From a virus (taxonomy: Duplodnaviria; Heunggongvirae; Uroviricota; Caudoviricetes), in the IMG/VR virus record IMGVR_UViG_3300042894_006602: DNA of 64,000 nt, one strand, 5' to 3'. This document shows, in pieces, positions 1 through 9,702 of this stretch. The notes beneath the pieces were generated by a model. It did no database searches. It was not told where the DNA came from and saw only the letters and a program-made list of their open reading frames with translations. A program made the position numbers and the translations under genes. Within the stretch, counting starts at the first letter, position 1; each line of letters starts with the position of its first letter.

Positions 1-149
1 ATCGCGTCTTTGAATTTATCTTTGACTTCATCATTTACAGTAAAGTCTAAAATTACTTCACAATTGGGACAAACACAGATAGGATTTTTAATGATGTATT
101 GTAAATCTAAACCTAAAGGTGTTTTACAAGATGGACAGGGCATTGGCAT
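1..149 (-). CDS. partial CDS (N-terminal part; continues beyond window start), small Cys-rich zinc-ribbon-like protein
   Basis: The reverse complement of 1-149 reads ATG then MPMPCPSCKTPLGLDLQYIIKNPICVCPNCEV... with no stop before position 1. It has two CxxC pairs. Confidence 0.3.
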   Translation of the reverse strand, partial: MPMPCPSCKTPLGLDLQYIIKNPICVCPNCEVILDFTVNDEVKDKFKDA

Positions 150-159
150 AATCTATATA

Positions 160-651
160 TTATGTATTTGTTGATGTGTCTTCTAATCTTTGAATATAAG
201 AATCTATCAATCTTGAAATCATTTCTGGTTTTGTATCTGATTTGAATTTGACTTTAATTTTGGCCAGACCAGAAGAATCGTCATGTTTCCCAGAATCTAC
301 TTCTATTGATTTGATATTATGATTTGAATCTTTACTTACCTTACCATCTTTTGTTTTGAATATTCCAAGTAAACTTCTTTTTAATTCAGATGCATGATTA
401 TCACCAAATATAAGTCTTGCTTCAAATTCAATATCTAATTCATCTAAACCAATTGATGAGTGGTCGGCTAAAATAAAAAGTGGAACTTCCATATCTTTTT
501 CGCCTATCTTAAAAGTTTGTGTTTTGGGTGTTCCATCAGCACTAAAGTAGTTTATCATATTACTAATGTGTTGTCTTTCAGCTATTCTTTGAGCAACCAT
601 TCCTGCTTCTAACAATCCACTAACAAGTTCTTCTACATTTAATTTTGACAT
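160..651 (-). CDS. hypothetical protein (163 aa)
   Basis: Long ORF in the six-frame track with no recognisable motif. It is co-directional with the next gene. Confidence 0.5.
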   Translation of the reverse strand: MSKLNVEELVSGLLEAGMVAQRIAERQHISNMINYFSADGTPKTQTFKIGEKDMEVPLFILADHSSIGLDELDIEFEARLIFGDNHASELKRSLLGIFKTKDGKVSKDSNHNIKSIEVDSGKHDDSSGLAKIKVKFKSDTKPEMISRLIDSYIQRLEDTSTNT

Positions 652-696
652 TATTACCCTATATTTTTATTTATAACTAAAAATTATATTAAAGTT

Positions 697-731
697 TAAA
701 AAAAAAGGAGACCGAAGTCTCCTTATCTTTT
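697..731 (-). terminator. rho-independent terminator (hairpin GGAGACCGAAGTCTCC flanked by A-run and T-rich tract)
   Basis: A perfect 6-bp stem with a 4-nt loop at 707-722. The minus strand reads hairpin then T-run, directly after the stop of the 738-1337 gene. Confidence 0.6.
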
Positions 732-737
732 GTGGAA

Positions 738-1337
738 TTATTTGTTTTGTGGATCCTCTGTTAATGGAATTAAAGATGGCTCTAACATCTGAGTTAAATA
801 ATCAGATAATTTTAACATACCTTCAGTTGGTGGTAATTGCTCAGCGTGAACTTTTACATTATACTTAGCAGAGTTGTCAGTACTTCTTGTATTTTCTTTA
901 TGAGTAGCAACTTTACCAGCCATAGATACAGAGTATTTCATACCCCAGAAACCACCAGAAGCAGATGCTTGGAAAGAAGCTTCAGTATCTGTAGAAGATT
1001 TGTCAACCTCAGAAGTTTTAATCTCCATTGTAAACTCGATATCAGCAGATGTGATAGCAAGTGAAGGTAGTGGAACTAAAGGCAACATAGGAACTTGAGT
1101 ATAGATCTTTTGAAGAGATTGCTTACCAGTTTCTGGATCAGTCATTACTCTATTCATTTGAACATCTAATGCTCTTGCTGTAGTGTTACCATCTTTGTCT
1201 TTTGTAAATGCAACTTCAGAAATATATCTCCAAGTAACATCATTAAGTTGTGCTTGTCCTTTTGCCATTCCAACCAAAGGAGAAACTATTAGGTCTTCAA
1301 TCGGAAGCCCAGAAAATTGTGATGTGATATCAGCCAT
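738..1337 (-). CDS. hypothetical protein (199 aa)
   Basis: Long ORF followed by the terminator at 697-731. No recognisable motif. Confidence 0.5.
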   Translation of the reverse strand: MADITSQFSGLPIEDLIVSPLVGMAKGQAQLNDVTWRYISEVAFTKDKDGNTTARALDVQMNRVMTDPETGKQSLQKIYTQVPMLPLVPLPSLAITSADIEFTMEIKTSEVDKSSTDTEASFQASASGGFWGMKYSVSMAGKVATHKENTRSTDNSAKYNVKVHAEQLPPTEGMLKLSDYLTQMLEPSLIPLTEDPQNK

Positions 1338-1607
1338 AGTAATAAATTATTTTTTATTATATATCAAGACTCTAATGTCAAAAAAACATCAAAAATTGGT
1401 CCATTTTCAACAAAAATCTATATCCACTAAAGGCTATCAGAAATATTAAGTATTTAAAAAAAGATTAAATTTTTTTTTATTCGTCTATAATCATTGTAAA
1501 CATTAGGAATTTTAAAAAAAATTATTATGTATGCATAGTTTTTTTGTTTCTGATTTAAATATATAATCTTGTCGACTTATGTCGGTAAAAAAAAATTAAC
1601 CACTACA

Positions 1608-3512
1608 ATGAAAATTTTTAAAATTATTAGCACTTTGTTGCTACTGTTTAGTTTTGTGTCCGTGTCACAAGCTCAAACAGGACCCCCAGCGCCATCAGGT
1701 GGTATCTGGGCAATTATCGACACCAACTATCAAGTTGGTACTAGTGTCTCAGGACACACAACCGCAAAACTTACTATACAAAACACTACGTTTAGTAAGA
1801 TCACTGGAGTTCAGTTCAGAGTATTTTATGATAAAAATGCTTTTGCATCATGTGCTGTATCTCTTGTTACCCCATCAAACAACCTTTATCTACAAAGTTT
1901 AGATAACAATGCTAACGGTTACGTTACTATTACTTTAGTTTATACAGGTTCAAGTGCAGCTTACTCAATACCGAATGGTGAAACTTTCTTATTAGATTTC
2001 ACACATATTACACCGAGTTCGTCTTTTCAAGCACTTGCTGCGATTAGTAACTTGACTTGGTCGGGTATTTCTGCTTATCCACAAGTTGCAGCTGAGCAAC
2101 CAGGTAATGATATTGCACTATCTCAACATAACTATGGGGGTATCTTTATCAGACCAACATTGGACTTTCACGGAACATTTACCAATGTCACTGGTTCACC
2201 AGCTAAATACTTAACATTAGCATTAGAGAAAAAACCTAAAACATCAGCAAACTGGACACAACACGATAGTTATATTACTGATATTAACGGTGATTTTCAA
2301 TTTACAGAAACAATTGATACAACGTTCTGGGATGTTAGATTAGCAATTCAAGGAGATACAATGGCGGTTGGAAATGTTATCTCTGTTGCAGATGCTCAAC
2401 AAATCAATCAATGGGTATTAGGCGGTTCTAACCCACAATCTTGGGACTACTATCACTCAGATGTTAACGGTGATAACAACTTGACTATATCAGATGCTTG
2501 GGGTGTATTTGGTAGATTGTCAGGAAGATTTTCAGTTTGGCCAAACAACGTAAAAGATGTAAAATTCTTTACAGTTGCTGACTACAACACTATTACAGGT
2601 ACACCAGCTACAAACTACACGTCATCAATACCTGGCCAAACAAACTTCTACTTTAATATTTTACCAAATCAACCTGATTCGGTATCATTCTATGTACTTG
2701 TACCTGGTGATGCTAATAACACAGGTTATAATATGGCACGTTTAGTTCCAATTATTATTGAGAATCCAACTAACGCGCCTACTCACTTAATTGACGAGTC
2801 TGTTATTTATGATTTTACTGTACCAACTATGGAAGTAAATGTTCCTTCTCTTTCAGTTGAAGAAGGTAACTTAGTAAAACTTCCAGTTAAAGTTTTTACA
2901 AACGGTGACAAAATCGGTGCTTTACAATTGTCATTAAAATATGATGAAGAGTTATTAGAATTCATCGAATTAACAAACAGTGAAAAATCTATGAACTGGA
3001 TGTCATTTATCAACCCAACAGACGGTATCGTTGAATGGGGTGGTTACGATGCTTCAAATAAAGAAAACTTATTCATCAATGGTGAAACAGTTTTCACTTT
3101 AAACTTCTTAGCTAAAAAGCCACAAGGTCAATGGGCAGTTAGTCCACTTTATACAACAAGAAAATTTGTTGGTGATGAGAATGCTTCTGATATGGAAATT
3201 ACACCAACTAACGGAGTTTATGAGGTTAAATCTATCAACGGTGTTGAATTAAAAGAAAACGAAATACTTGTTTATCCTAATCCAACAACTGGTGAAGTAG
3301 TTATTAAATTCAATGTTGCAGTTGACGGTGATGTAAGTCTTGCATTTGTTGATGGAAACGGCAAAAGAGCTATTACGGTTTTTGAACAATATATGCCGAG
3401 TGGTAATTATTCTTACTCAGCAAGTTTAGAAAGTTTAAGACCAGGTACTTATTATACTACACTTACAACTAAAGTAGGTATATCTGTAAATAAGACAGTT
3501 CTTCAAAAATAA
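1608..3512 (+). CDS. secreted protein with T9SS (Por) C-terminal sorting domain
   Basis: Probable start at Met14 of the track ORF (MKIFKIISTLLLLFSFVSVSQAQT is a signal peptide). The C-terminal about 80 aa (VYPNPTTGEVVIKF...GTYYTTLTT...) match the Bacteroidetes type IX secretion CTD pattern. Confidence 0.8.
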   Translation: MKIFKIISTLLLLFSFVSVSQAQTGPPAPSGGIWAIIDTNYQVGTSVSGHTTAKLTIQNTTFSKITGVQFRVFYDKNAFASCAVSLVTPSNNLYLQSLDNNANGYVTITLVYTGSSAAYSIPNGETFLLDFTHITPSSSFQALAAISNLTWSGISAYPQVAAEQPGNDIALSQHNYGGIFIRPTLDFHGTFTNVTGSPAKYLTLALEKKPKTSANWTQHDSYITDINGDFQFTETIDTTFWDVRLAIQGDTMAVGNVISVADAQQINQWVLGGSNPQSWDYYHSDVNGDNNLTISDAWGVFGRLSGRFSVWPNNVKDVKFFTVADYNTITGTPATNYTSSIPGQTNFYFNILPNQPDSVSFYVLVPGDANNTGYNMARLVPIIIENPTNAPTHLIDESVIYDFTVPTMEVNVPSLSVEEGNLVKLPVKVFTNGDKIGALQLSLKYDEELLEFIELTNSEKSMNWMSFINPTDGIVEWGGYDASNKENLFINGETVFTLNFLAKKPQGQWAVSPLYTTRKFVGDENASDMEITPTNGVYEVKSINGVELKENEILVYPNPTTGEVVIKFNVAVDGDVSLAFVDGNGKRAITVFEQYMPSGNYSYSASLESLRPGTYYTTLTTKVGISVNKTVLQK

Positions 3513-3520
3513 TAAATATA

Positions 3521-3548
3521 ATCAACCTCTGGGAAACCGGTGGTTGAT
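3521..3548 (+). terminator. possible terminator hairpin (ATCAACC...GGTTGAT) without clear T-run
   Basis: A 7-bp inverted repeat immediately after the stop of the T9SS-CTD gene. There is no U-tract, so the call is weak. Confidence 0.3.
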
Positions 3549-3587
3549 TATCCAAAAACACAAAAACACAAAAAATAAAAGTAAACT

Positions 3588-3926
3588 ATGGCAAGAAAAG
3601 CACAAGAAGCACCAACTGAAGGTTGGTCGACATTGAAAAAAACAATTATCGCTACATTAACAACACTTATTACAGCTGGTGGTGTTTATCTAACAACACT
3701 CATCACTGGTGGTGGAGGTGAAGAAGAAAAAGAAGAAACTAAAACTGAGCAATCAGGTGGGCAATCTGCACCTATCACTATCAACGTTCAACAAAATCAG
3801 GAGAACAAACAAAAGTCTGAAAACAACAACGGTGGTGGAGTTGTAAGAGAGAGAATTATTGAAAGACCATCACCTGCTACTCAACAACCAGCTCCTCAGC
3901 CAAAGAAAGAAGAAGATTCTTGGTAA
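3588..3926 (+). CDS. small membrane protein with low-complexity Gly/Glu/Gln tail
   Basis: ORF with one hydrophobic helix (TLKKTIIATLTTLITAGGVYLTTLITGGGG) and a P/Q-rich C-terminus. Confidence 0.5.
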   Translation: MARKAQEAPTEGWSTLKKTIIATLTTLITAGGVYLTTLITGGGGEEEKEETKTEQSGGQSAPITINVQQNQENKQKSENNNGGGVVRERIIERPSPATQQPAPQPKKEEDSW

Positions 3927-3945
3927 TAAAAAATAAAAAATAGTT

Positions 3946-4314
3946 ATGAAATTAAAAAACTTTTTAAGCGCAAAAACAGAATATGTAAAAGTAGAAGACA
4001 AAAATAGATTCTATTATATGCTTCAACAAATGCAAGCAAACAGATGGAAAATTACAGCAATCGTATTAGGCCTTTTCTTTTTTATCATCTTAGGAATCAA
4101 CGCTGGAGTATTTATGGGAGCTACAATTAATGAAGATTGGAAAGAAATGTTACTAATTCTTTTAGGTGCCTTTGTTGGTAACTTAAATAAAGTAGTTGAC
4201 TATTGGTTTAACTCAGAAGATAGAGACAAAATGTTAATTCAGAAAGTTGACGAAGAAGATGGCGTTGCACTTTCAAATGTAGCAGATCCTTCTGGGGAAA
4301 GCGAAGTAGTTTAA
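3946..4314 (+). CDS. small membrane protein
   Basis: ORF with a central transmembrane segment (ITAIVLGLFFFIILGINAGVFMGA). Confidence 0.5.
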   Translation: MKLKNFLSAKTEYVKVEDKNRFYYMLQQMQANRWKITAIVLGLFFFIILGINAGVFMGATINEDWKEMLLILLGAFVGNLNKVVDYWFNSEDRDKMLIQKVDEEDGVALSNVADPSGESEVV

Positions 4315-4341
4315 CTACCAAAGATAAAATAATATAACATA

Positions 4342-5070
4342 ATGAAACCACTACGAAAACTTATATTAATGACTTCTATGCTACTTGGAATGTTTCAAGT
4401 AACATTTAGTCAAGTTGGTTCTGTTAAAACAGAATCTTATCAAGCATCTTTTGAAAAAACACAATCAATTGATAGTGTTTCAAATTACACAGACACAATT
4501 CAAGTTCCGATACAGTTACTTAAAATTGGTATCAATGCTGAACTTTATGACCTTTATCCAGAATTGAAAGACAAAAGAGTTGGTTTAGGTGTTACTAACA
4601 TCGTGATTGAATATTTAGAGATGACGGGTAGATTTGTCTTTACTGAAGAAAAAGAAGAAATCAAACAAAGAATGATTGCTCAAGATAAAGCATCAGATAA
4701 AGGTGTTTCTTCAAATAAGATTGAAGTAAAAGGAAATGTTGTCTTAGCAAAATATTTTGTTTATATCGAAGTTTATGACTTTTCTGTTTCTGAAGATGAA
4801 GTTGTAAAAATCAATGGTGAACAAAAAACAACTCAGACTACAAGATTAGGTCTACAAATTAAGTTTGTAGATGCTGAGACTTCTGAAGTATTGGTAGGTT
4901 CTGGCTTAGGTGAAGCATCAACTATTAAAACAGAGTCTATTTTAGATGGTGTTGAAGATGGTGTTAAATTCAATCAATCAACAATTGGTATTACTACTAA
5001 AAAGGCACTTGAAACTGCTTCTTCAAGAGTAGTTACGAGAATGATTAAAAAAGGAATATTTAAAAATTAA
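4342..5070 (+). CDS. secreted/lipoprotein-like protein, possibly CsgG/LPP20-like
   Basis: N-terminal signal peptide. The segment RVGLGVTNIVIEYLEMTGRFVFTEEKEE loosely resembles the CsgG family. The family call is weak. Confidence 0.5.
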   Translation: MKPLRKLILMTSMLLGMFQVTFSQVGSVKTESYQASFEKTQSIDSVSNYTDTIQVPIQLLKIGINAELYDLYPELKDKRVGLGVTNIVIEYLEMTGRFVFTEEKEEIKQRMIAQDKASDKGVSSNKIEVKGNVVLAKYFVYIEVYDFSVSEDEVVKINGEQKTTQTTRLGLQIKFVDAETSEVLVGSGLGEASTIKTESILDGVEDGVKFNQSTIGITTKKALETASSRVVTRMIKKGIFKN

Positions 5071-6896
5071 TGAAAATTTTAATTACTTTCTTTTTAATAC
5101 TAATTAGTTATGCAGTAAAGTCTCAAACATTTCTTTACTCATACACCGATCCGTGTACCGGATTACAAAAAAGTCTCACAGTTCCATCAAATGGTGTGAC
5201 TGTGACTTATTTTGGTCAAATACAAACATTTAATCCAAATGATTTTCAGAATGGAGTTTTTGACCAATGGGCTAGTGGTGTTTTAAGTTCATATGGTAAC
5301 TCAAATCCTTGTGGTTCTATTTTAGGTGTTAGTACATCAGTAGATCTTGCTCAGGGTTCTGCAATAAATTTCATATCAATTATAAATAATATATCAGCTG
5401 TTAGTGATATGCAAAGTGCAATGGGTGGTGGTTCACTTAACACTATGAGTGTTATAGAAAGTAGTAAATCTGCTTCATCAAAGAAAGATAAAAAAGAAAA
5501 TAAGAATAATAATCAAAGTAATTCTAATCAAACAACAATAACAAATAATTCAAATCAATCCAGTAATAACAACACTACTAATCAGAACTCGACCAATTCA
5601 GCAAATGTACCAAATTCAGGTAGTAATTCCGGTTCTGGAAGTTCTAATAATTCCGGCTCAGGTAATTCAAACAATGGTAATGGTAATGGTGAGAATGGTG
5701 AAAATGAAAATAATTCTGGTGTTGAAGCTGGTCAGATCAATAATAGTCAAAGTAGTTCACAAAGTGGTAACACTCAAAATACACCATCAAATTCTGGTCA
5801 GATAAATCAGAGTGGTGGAGAAGGTGGTCAAATTACAACTGGTCAAAATACTGGTGGTGAAGGTGGTTCAATTAATCCTCTCGGACAAACTAGTCAAACT
5901 CTTACACAATCAACTGAAACAAATTCTCAATCTTCTGAGCAAAGTAATAATCAAAACTCAAATCAAACCGGTACTAATACAAACTCAGAGAATTCTAACT
6001 CACAAAATCAATCTGGTGGTGAGACATCTCAAAGTTCTGAGCAAACAAATTCTGAAAACCAAACAGGTGGTGAGAACTCAACATCTAATAGTTCAAATAG
6101 TTCTTCTACAGGTTCAAATGGGGGAAATGGTGGTAATGGAGGTAACTCTAATGAAAATCCACCAAATGGCTCAGAGACTTCTACAGAAACTACAGAAGAC
6201 AAAAAAACAAATGTATTAGGTGGCACGGTTAAGTCATCAGAAAGAGCAACAGAAACAAATAAACCACAAATAGTTTTGAGTTCTGACTTTGCTGGTTTTA
6301 ACTTCAGAGACAAAGAAGTAAGTTTTGGTGGTAAAGGAACTGCGGGTTATACTTCTATGAGATGGGATGGAAAAAGAAGTTATGGTGTTCTTTTAGATTA
6401 CACTTCAATTATTAGGGGACCAAACGTAACTGCTTTCTGGGCAAATATGGCTAAAAGAAGAATAGATTTAATATCAGCAACTGCAACAATTAGTTTTTAT
6501 GGTAGAGGTTCTCAATACGGAACTTTGGCGGTTGGTCAAATGTGGAGTTTCCCTAAAGTTAAAAACTTAAAAGCTATCTATTTAGCAACTGGTTCATTTG
6601 GAAATGTATACGGTGAGAAATTTTTAGGAACAGCTATGATTGCTGGTGGTATGTATGACTGGAAAGTATCTAAAAGAATTGATGTTAAAATGATGAATTT
6701 ATTTATCTACGCACCTTATGTAAGTTACTATAATGATATCTTACTTAAATCTCCTTATGTTATTATGCCAATTATCGGGACTAATATCGGAATAACAAAG
6801 AAGTTTAAATTCAATGTTAATTTCGGAGGAGCTTATGCGATAAAACAAAATGTAATGAACTTTACTTTAATGTTCGGAACAAGATTAGCAATATGA
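5070..6896 (+). CDS. secreted protein: signal peptide, about 300-aa S/N/G/Q/T low-complexity region, C-terminal beta-barrel-like domain (PorP/SprF-like?)
   Basis: Signal peptide MKILITFFLILISYAVKSQ. Extreme compositional bias over residues about 120-420. The C-terminal 200 aa have alternating hydrophobic/aromatic strands. Start overlaps the stop of the previous gene (ATGA). Confidence 0.6.
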   Translation: MKILITFFLILISYAVKSQTFLYSYTDPCTGLQKSLTVPSNGVTVTYFGQIQTFNPNDFQNGVFDQWASGVLSSYGNSNPCGSILGVSTSVDLAQGSAINFISIINNISAVSDMQSAMGGGSLNTMSVIESSKSASSKKDKKENKNNNQSNSNQTTITNNSNQSSNNNTTNQNSTNSANVPNSGSNSGSGSSNNSGSGNSNNGNGNGENGENENNSGVEAGQINNSQSSSQSGNTQNTPSNSGQINQSGGEGGQITTGQNTGGEGGSINPLGQTSQTLTQSTETNSQSSEQSNNQNSNQTGTNTNSENSNSQNQSGGETSQSSEQTNSENQTGGENSTSNSSNSSSTGSNGGNGGNGGNSNENPPNGSETSTETTEDKKTNVLGGTVKSSERATETNKPQIVLSSDFAGFNFRDKEVSFGGKGTAGYTSMRWDGKRSYGVLLDYTSIIRGPNVTAFWANMAKRRIDLISATATISFYGRGSQYGTLAVGQMWSFPKVKNLKAIYLATGSFGNVYGEKFLGTAMIAGGMYDWKVSKRIDVKMMNLFIYAPYVSYYNDILLKSPYVIMPIIGTNIGITKKFKFNVNFGGAYAIKQNVMNFTLMFGTRLAI

Positions 6897-8065
6897 AAAA
6901 TATAATTATAACACTTTTAGTAATTTTTAATATCTTTTCTTTAGATGCTCAACCATTTACTTATTCTGGTTGGGTCAAAGGCGCAAACGAACAAGGATTG
7001 GCAAACATTCCAGTAACACTCTGGGGAAGAAGAACTGACCCATATGATATTACTTATCCATCTTATTCAGTAGCAGCACCTTACACAACAGGAACTATAG
7101 TTCCTTCATCGGATGATGTCACACACGGTCCATTTAATATTGGTTTTACTTTTACTTTCTTTGGAAATAACTATACACAATTTTATATAGGTTCTAACGG
7201 ATGGATTGGTTTTAGTCCTGGTCAAACAACTGGATATGTTGCACAGTTCATCCCGAATGCTTCTTCTCCGATGAACTGTATACTTGGTGACTGGGAAGAC
7301 TTACTACCAGGAGCTTCAAATATTAGATATACAACTATTGGAACAGCTCCTAATAGAAAATTAGTTGTGTCATTTAATGCAGTTCCACATTATAGTTGTG
7401 GTGCTAACTTACATACGTTTCAATTTGTATTAACTGAGACATCAGGTATTATTGATATCAATTACCAATCAAAACCTCAGTGTGGGGCTTCAAATGCAAC
7501 AGCAGGTCTTGTCAATTCAAATAATACTAATGTTGTACCAGTTGGTGGTAGAAATGCATCTCAATGGACTGCAACAAACCTATCAATTAGATTTACACCA
7601 TCTGCTCCAGAAACAGTTTTTTCACTAAAAGGAACTTACTTAACTAATTCTTCTGGATACTTTACAATGGTTCCTAACTTGGATGCTCAATCATTTCAAT
7701 TTGAAGTTAGATTAGAAAATTTGACTATGCCAAATTTCACATCAACTGAGGCAAACTATCCAAACCAATTAAGTCAATCTAATACTACAATAAATTCAAA
7801 GTTATTTTATCAAATGGACATTAATAATGATGGTAGAGTTAATGTAGCAGATTCTTGGTGTATTTACGGTAGAATGTCAAATGTTTTTCCTACTTTGTTT
7901 AATTCACCGAGCTATAGAATATTTAATCAAACACAATGGAATGTTATTAAGGTTGGAACGACTAATCTTAAATCAACATATCCAGGTGTTCAATCAATGA
8001 TAATAACACCAGTTAATAATGGCTCAACAACTTTCTATGTTGTAAGAACCGGATTTACAAATTAA
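6893..8065 (+). CDS. secreted protein (390 aa)
   Basis: Signal peptide MKNIIITLLVIFNIFSLDAQ. Overlaps the previous stop by 4 nt (operon-like). Confidence 0.6.
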   Translation: MKNIIITLLVIFNIFSLDAQPFTYSGWVKGANEQGLANIPVTLWGRRTDPYDITYPSYSVAAPYTTGTIVPSSDDVTHGPFNIGFTFTFFGNNYTQFYIGSNGWIGFSPGQTTGYVAQFIPNASSPMNCILGDWEDLLPGASNIRYTTIGTAPNRKLVVSFNAVPHYSCGANLHTFQFVLTETSGIIDINYQSKPQCGASNATAGLVNSNNTNVVPVGGRNASQWTATNLSIRFTPSAPETVFSLKGTYLTNSSGYFTMVPNLDAQSFQFEVRLENLTMPNFTSTEANYPNQLSQSNTTINSKLFYQMDINNDGRVNVADSWCIYGRMSNVFPTLFNSPSYRIFNQTQWNVIKVGTTNLKSTYPGVQSMIITPVNNGSTTFYVVRTGFTN

Positions 8066-8082
8066 AAAATAAATTAACCACT

Positions 8083-8538
8083 ATGAAAAAGTTTTTAAGC
8101 CTACTAATTACAACCCTACCATTTTTAGTTGTTGCACAAAATTGTGTAACTGTAGATTCAGTTTACTCTACTTGTAAAGCAAAAGAAATGTCAAGAAGAG
8201 ATATAAGATTTGGTCTTAAACAAATCGCTGAAGATGAATTGTCTAATAAATATTGTCTTTCTGAAGCTGGTGATGATATCGACTTGGAAGTTTATTATTT
8301 TGGTACACCAAAAACAACAATAAGAGTTTTAGGTGTTGAAAAAACTGATATCAAAACACAAGTTGGTATTAAGATGACATATAAAGGAATTACTTATGAA
8401 GGTATTGGTGAGTCAGAAGTTGAAGTAAGAGCAGTAATGATTGAATTAGTTGAAGGCTCACTTCCTTTTAATCAAACTGTACTTTCATCAGCTATAAAAA
8501 AGGCTATCATAGAATGTGTTTCAAAAATGCCTCAATAG
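8083..8538 (+). CDS. small secreted protein
   Basis: Signal peptide MKKFLSLLITTLPFLVVAQN. Preceded by AATTAACCACT, the same upstream motif as the gene at 1608. Confidence 0.55.
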   Translation: MKKFLSLLITTLPFLVVAQNCVTVDSVYSTCKAKEMSRRDIRFGLKQIAEDELSNKYCLSEAGDDIDLEVYYFGTPKTTIRVLGVEKTDIKTQVGIKMTYKGITYEGIGESEVEVRAVMIELVEGSLPFNQTVLSSAIKKAIIECVSKMPQ

Positions 8539-8972
8539 TTTTATTCTTTTTATTACTAACTCAGACATTATTCTCACAGATATTAGTAGATGATGTTGGT
8601 GATGGTTGGAAGTCTCAAGTTGATTCAGCTCTAGCATTAATCGAGAAAACAAGTCCAGAACACTGGAATGAAGTTAAAGAATATTGTACGCATATCACTT
8701 ATTGGTTGGGTGACTTTTCAACTACAACTGATAGTTCAACAGTAATGATATCTACAAAAGATATGAAAATTGGCTCAGTCAATAATCTTGCTTGTATTAT
8801 TATACATGAAACACACCATCTTTATCTTCTAAGAAATAATATTTTATTATCTCCGAAAAAAGAAGAATTGAATTGTTATTTATATGAACTGGAATTTCTA
8901 AATAAAATTGAAAATTGTGAATTTTGGCTTAAAGCACATGTGATAAAATGTATCAACCATTACTCTGAATGA
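8514..8972 (+). CDS. small secreted protein with HExxH zinc-metallopeptidase motif
   Basis: Signal peptide, and CIIIHETHHLYLL contains HETHH (HExxH). Too short for confident family assignment. Confidence 0.45.
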   Translation: MCFKNASIVLFFLLLTQTLFSQILVDDVGDGWKSQVDSALALIEKTSPEHWNEVKEYCTHITYWLGDFSTTTDSSTVMISTKDMKIGSVNNLACIIIHETHHLYLLRNNILLSPKKEELNCYLYELEFLNKIENCEFWLKAHVIKCINHYSE

Positions 8973-9689
8973 TTATTTCCAATAACCTTGGTCGTTAGTA
9001 AAATAATCTTTATTATTCTTATTAAAGAATGATGACAACATTAGTTGTAACATATACCAAACACCTTTGTTTTCAAACCTTCTTGGTGGTGTATAAACAA
9101 TGTTATTAATTCTTCCGAACTTCTTTGGACTTATCTGTTTTGAAAACATATAATCCTCGGCTACTTTTATCTCTTCATTAAAACCACCGATTGATTTGAA
9201 AGTTTCTGACCTGACTAACATATAACCACCTAAACAAAATGGCGTTGACCACTTTGAAAGCATTTGAATAAAATCAAATGTTTTGTAAACATAATTGAAT
9301 TTACCATTATCACTTCTGAATTTAGCAGTTACTAAATCTAGATTTTGTCTGTGTATTCTAATAATTGACCTTTTTATAATCTTTGGATCAAGTAAGAAAA
9401 CATCACTATCAATAAAAAGAACATAAGGTGTTTTGACTAATTTGAATCCGTTATTACGAGCAACTGATGGTAGACCACCATCCATTATGTATAAATCAAA
9501 TGAATCATAAAAATTTTCTATTCTTTCAATTAAGTCTATTTTCGTAACACCATCATTCGAAGCATCACAAACAACTACTCTTACATTTCTAATACCCTGT
9601 TGATAATTAAGTAAGTCAAGTGTTTTTTGAATTATTGACTTCTCATTCTTACAAGGTATGACGATAGTTACAAATTCTTCTAATTTCAT
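8973..9689 (-). CDS. family 2 glycosyltransferase
   Basis: N-terminal VTIVIPCKNE with a DxD-like FIDSDVF motif, the layout of GT-A fold GT2 enzymes. Confidence 0.65.
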   Translation of the reverse strand: MKLEEFVTIVIPCKNEKSIIQKTLDLLNYQQGIRNVRVVVCDASNDGVTKIDLIERIENFYDSFDLYIMDGGLPSVARNNGFKLVKTPYVLFIDSDVFLLDPKIIKRSIIRIHRQNLDLVTAKFRSDNGKFNYVYKTFDFIQMLSKWSTPFCLGGYMLVRSETFKSIGGFNEEIKVAEDYMFSKQISPKKFGRINNIVYTPPRRFENKGVWYMLQLMLSSFFNKNNKDYFTNDQGYWK

Positions 9690-9702
9690 ACTTATTTATT
9701 TA

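Noticed and set aside
837-1902. Small ORFs antisense to, or nested in, larger genes (837-1064, 1183-1449, 1654-1902, 2807-3013 and similar)
   Set aside because: They are short and overlap longer ORFs with signal peptides or motifs. They are typical AT-rich spurious frames.
5605-6313. Three small ORFs (5605-5805, 5812-6219, 6029-6313) inside the 5070-6896 gene
   Set aside because: They are generated by the repetitive AAT/AGT/GGT low-complexity DNA and are nested in or antisense to a long signal-peptide gene.
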